From a virus, in IMG/VR virus record IMGVR_UViG_3300050132_000084, positions 1 through 64,000 of that record: 64,000 nt of DNA. One strand, given 5' to 3'. The position numbers and the translations under genes are program-made. The notes beneath the pieces are model-generated. The model ran no database searches. It was not told the DNA's origin and worked only from the letters and a program-made list of their open reading frames with translations. Below are positions 61,315 to 64,000 of this stretch, in pieces; positions within the stretch are counted from its first letter, which is position 1, and every line of letters starts with the position of its first letter.

Positions 61315-61515
61315 CACTTATCGGAGCGTCAGCAAACTACTTATCAAATAAATTTATCTATATACAAGATAACGAACAATGTTACTGGTCTAGTCTATAT
61401 TGGTAAAACCACACAAACCCCAAATAAGCGATGGACTCAACACAAAAGTAGTTCAAATAAAAGATCAAAAAGAGAAAGACCCATAAAGGGTATTCTTGTA
61501 GAAAATTATAATTAA
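61315..61515 (+). pseudogene. Remnant of a GIY-YIG homing endonuclease gene (Seg/I-TevI-like N-terminal motif, no ATG start, truncated)
   Basis: Frame starting at 61315 reads HLSERQQTTYQINLSIYKITNNVTGLVYIGKTTQTPNKRWTQHKSSSNKRSKRERPIKGILVENYN*. IYKITN..TG.VYIGKT....RW..H is the GIY-YIG signature. There is no Met and only 66 codons. Confidence 0.65.
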
Positions 61516-61527
61516 TTTGGGAACATA

Positions 61528-62580
61528 ATGGCTTTGTGGATAGACCAAAAATACGTTAACCTTTTGTCGATGTATCTTGATAAATTCAAAAAAATTGACA
61601 ATGGGCTTTATAATTTCCGTTGTCCTATTTGTGGAGATAGTCAAAAAAACAAATCTAAATGTCGCGGATATCTTTATACAAAATCACAAGCAATTTTCTA
61701 CTCATGTAAAAATTGCGATGCGGGAACTACGCTAGGAAAATTCTTAGAACATGTTTCATCATCACTAGCAGCAGAATATCGCCGTGAATTGTATCTGGAC
61801 AAATCAGAAGACTCACCACAACGTTCATTGAATGATGGTGCAGAATCTACACTAGTCATACCAAAAGTGGCTTCACGCTTCATTAAAGCCAAACCAAAGG
61901 AAATCACTGATCCATTCAGCGGTAAGCTGGAATGCCTAATATCCTTGGCAAAAGACCACCCTGCTACCCAATATATTAGGCATCGTAAAATACCAGATTC
62001 ACAATTACACAAGTTGTACTACATTCCAGAAATTCGTAATATAAGCAATATTCCCGGCTTCAGAAAATATGAAGAACGAATCAAAGGATATGAACCACGA
62101 ATAGTGTTGCCATATTTCAACATTGATGGAAAATTGACAGGTGTAACATGCCGTGCCATTGAGGATCATCCACTGCGATATGTGTCATTGAAAGTTGTAG
62201 AAGATGAACCATTGATATTTGGTATGCTAGATATTGACATGAACAAGCCAATATTTGTCACAGAGGGTGGCTTTGATTCAATGTTCATTGAAAATTGTAT
62301 TGCTGTCGGCGGTACTGGCATGGGGAAGTTAGAATCACTTGGAATTGACCGTGATAAATTAACCATCATATTTGATAATCAACCAAGGAACAAAGTATTG
62401 GTTAATATCATTGATAAGACTATACGAAATGGATATCGTGTGTTAATATGGAACAGTCGCACAAAAGGTAAAGATATTAATGAAATGGTTTTAAATGGTG
62501 AAAATTATCTTGACCAGATCGAAAATAGATGTTATAATGGTTTACAAGCTAAAATTGAATTTAACCAATGGAGAAAATAA
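61528..62580 (+). CDS. g61: DNA primase, T4 gp61 homologue
   Basis: Zn-ribbon FRCPICGDSQKNKSKCRGYLY...CKNC and Toprim motifs VTEGGFDSMF and IIFDNQPRN. Confidence 0.88.
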   Translation: MALWIDQKYVNLLSMYLDKFKKIDNGLYNFRCPICGDSQKNKSKCRGYLYTKSQAIFYSCKNCDAGTTLGKFLEHVSSSLAAEYRRELYLDKSEDSPQRSLNDGAESTLVIPKVASRFIKAKPKEITDPFSGKLECLISLAKDHPATQYIRHRKIPDSQLHKLYYIPEIRNISNIPGFRKYEERIKGYEPRIVLPYFNIDGKLTGVTCRAIEDHPLRYVSLKVVEDEPLIFGMLDIDMNKPIFVTEGGFDSMFIENCIAVGGTGMGKLESLGIDRDKLTIIFDNQPRNKVLVNIIDKTIRNGYRVLIWNSRTKGKDINEMVLNGENYLDQIENRCYNGLQAKIEFNQWRK

Positions 62581-62762
62581 TGAGAGCATTAATTGTTTTG
62601 TTGTTTCAAACCTGTATTGCTATGATTGGATATACAATTCACGGAAGTATATTTTGGTCTATTATAGACTTCATCTTCAGTCCTATTGCATTGGTCAAGT
62701 GGCTAATCTGTCATGAAATCACATTCGCAGTCATTCATCAAACATTCTCATTCTTAGGATAA
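62580..62762 (+). CDS. Small membrane protein
   Basis: Two TM helices; TAATG-coupled to g61 (the track start at 62568 lies inside g61). Confidence 0.5.
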   Translation: MRALIVLLFQTCIAMIGYTIHGSIFWSIIDFIFSPIALVKWLICHEITFAVIHQTFSFLG

Positions 62763-62764
62763 TT

Positions 62765-63193
62765 ATGAATAAATTTAAAGTAGGTGATAACGTTCGTGTA
62801 GTGAGTCTTGATGGTTATCTTCAAATTGGTATTAAATCATCATTTGTCGAAATTGGTGGAGAATATAAAGTAGTTAGTTTAAATGTTGATAGTGTCATAA
62901 TTATGACTTCAAAGGGAAATTGGTGGATTGATGATAGTGATCTTGAATTGGTTATTGCTGATTATTACAAACCACATGATGAATCTTGGTGGATTGATTT
63001 CAGTGATATTAAACATTTTGTAGATAAAACTGATCGTACAGGTACTACTACTACTGCACCACGGCGAATCTTATTGAACATCAATATTACACAGCCTGAT
63101 AGCGATAATATTAAAACAACATTCGATTCTGATTCAATCACTGTGGATGCCGCACGTGAAATTATTTTGATATTACTAAATGAATATCAGTAA
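62765..63193 (+). CDS. Hypothetical protein
   Basis: Packed ORF. Internal echo WWIDDSDLE / WWIDFSDIK. Confidence 0.55.
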   Translation: MNKFKVGDNVRVVSLDGYLQIGIKSSFVEIGGEYKVVSLNVDSVIIMTSKGNWWIDDSDLELVIADYYKPHDESWWIDFSDIKHFVDKTDRTGTTTTAPRRILLNINITQPDSDNIKTTFDSDSITVDAAREIILILLNEYQ

Positions 63194-63368
63194 TGATATA
63201 TTGGTTGGCCGACAATATGTTCCTGCTGATGAAGCAAAGTGTATTCAATGTCGCCAACCATTTAAATATGGGGTGAATGTTTTCACAAAAGAAGGTCATG
63301 CTGAAACTAAAATTTCTGGCATGTGTGAGAAATGTTTTGATAAATTATTTAAGGATGAAGATGATTGA
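63180..63368 (+). CDS. Small Zn-ribbon protein
   Basis: CIQC...CEKC. Confidence 0.5.
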   Translation: MNISNDILVGRQYVPADEAKCIQCRQPFKYGVNVFTKEGHAETKISGMCEKCFDKLFKDEDD

Positions 63369-64000
63369 AGGTAAGTGTGGCATTTATGCCAATGTAGTAT
63401 GTGATAGTATTTGTAATCATTCTGGAATTCGTATCACCACCTTGGAATTACAATATCCACGGATTGTCCATAGTGAATTCATGACTCACAGGATGTTCTC
63501 ACGCAATGCAGCATCTTCTCGTGCTATCCCATTCAACAAAATGGTAGAACAGCTTACAGGCTGTCCTGTACGGTTTGGTGCTAATCAATCGGGGATGCAG
63601 GATGCTGGTGATCATGATGCATTTGTAGAAGGTGATCATGATGCATTTTTAGAAGGTGATTATTATTATAACTACGAACCAGAAGATGCATGGGATAAAG
63701 CAAAAAAAGATGCAATCAAATGGTCTGAACGTTTCCATCGTGCCGGATATCATAAACAAGTAGTGAATCGTCTGACTGAACCATTCCAGATGATCAAGGT
63801 GGTTTGTACTGCTACAGAGTGGCACAACTTCTTGTGGTTGCGTGATCATGATGCTGCTGATCCTACCATTGCTGAATTGGCTAAGTGTATCCATCTTGCA
63901 TTACAAGGTAGCACACCAGTAGCATTGAAAGCTGGTGAATGGCATTTGCCTTATATTGAACTTGTTAAAAATACGGATTCAACAGTACCACCATTGTATT
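63361..64000 (+). CDS. thyX: ThyX-like flavin-dependent thymidylate synthase (3' partial, runs off the window)
   Basis: Not in the ORF track because there is no stop in the window. HSEFMTHRMFSRNAASSRAIP resembles the ThyX motif RHR..S....S.R; the frame is open from 63361 to 64000. Confidence 0.5.
   Translation, partial: MIEGKCGIYANVVCDSICNHSGIRITTLELQYPRIVHSEFMTHRMFSRNAASSRAIPFNKMVEQLTGCPVRFGANQSGMQDAGDHDAFVEGDHDAFLEGDYYYNYEPEDAWDKAKKDAIKWSERFHRAGYHKQVVNRLTEPFQMIKVVCTATEWHNFLWLRDHDAADPTIAELAKCIHLALQGSTPVALKAGEWHLPYIELVKNTDSTVPPLY

Noticed and set aside
1-64000. Prophage or integrated-element interpretation (integrase, att sites, host flanks)
   Set aside because: No integrase or recombinase, no cellular genes, and continuous T4-like core synteny. 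This looks like a lytic phage genome segment.

Overview
AT-rich segment of a T4-superfamily myovirus genome. Genes are tightly packed and almost all on the + strand; there are no cellular housekeeping genes, rRNA, CRISPR array or integrase. The core synteny matches marine 'far-T4' phages. In order: virion fibre genes (1-9.2 kb), g13, a reverse-strand early cassette, g14-g15-g16-g17-g18-g19-g20, prohead-core-position genes, g21-g22-g23, two homing-endonuclease-like genes, an internal-protein/ADP-ribosylation locus interleaved with g3 and uvsY, uvsW, g55, dexA-like, g47-g46, a GC-rich foreign island, g45-g44-g62-regA, three tRNAs, g43, uvsX, g41, more virion genes, g61, and a thyX-like gene (3' partial). 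Family assignments rest on remembered T4 protein sequences, motifs and synteny, not on searches. Most noteworthy findings: (1) Six genes whose products start with a T4-type capsid-targeting leader (MKTFKQF...E). The leader is fused to unrelated cargo: two Alt-like ADP-ribosyltransferases with YSG in place of YRG, a YHGT protein, a nucleotidyltransferase and two small basic proteins. A divergently transcribed ADP-ribosylglycohydrolase sits next to them. (2) A ~1.9-kb, ~55-57% GC operon of translationally coupled small genes, including a Lar-family restriction-alleviation protein, followed by an intermediate-GC PAAR spike-tip gene, all inserted between g46 and g45. (3) A class-II-shaped tRNA with a Thr (UGU) anticodon and a tRNA-His gene without an encoded G-1. 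(4) Selfish DNA: two tandem Hef-like endonuclease genes after g23 and a decayed GIY-YIG gene before g61. (5) A repeat module shared at nucleotide level between the tail-sheath insertion domain and a distant virion protein. (6) A sharply conserved early promoter (TTGACA-like, N17, TGTGGTATAATG) and ATAAATA late-promoter motifs.
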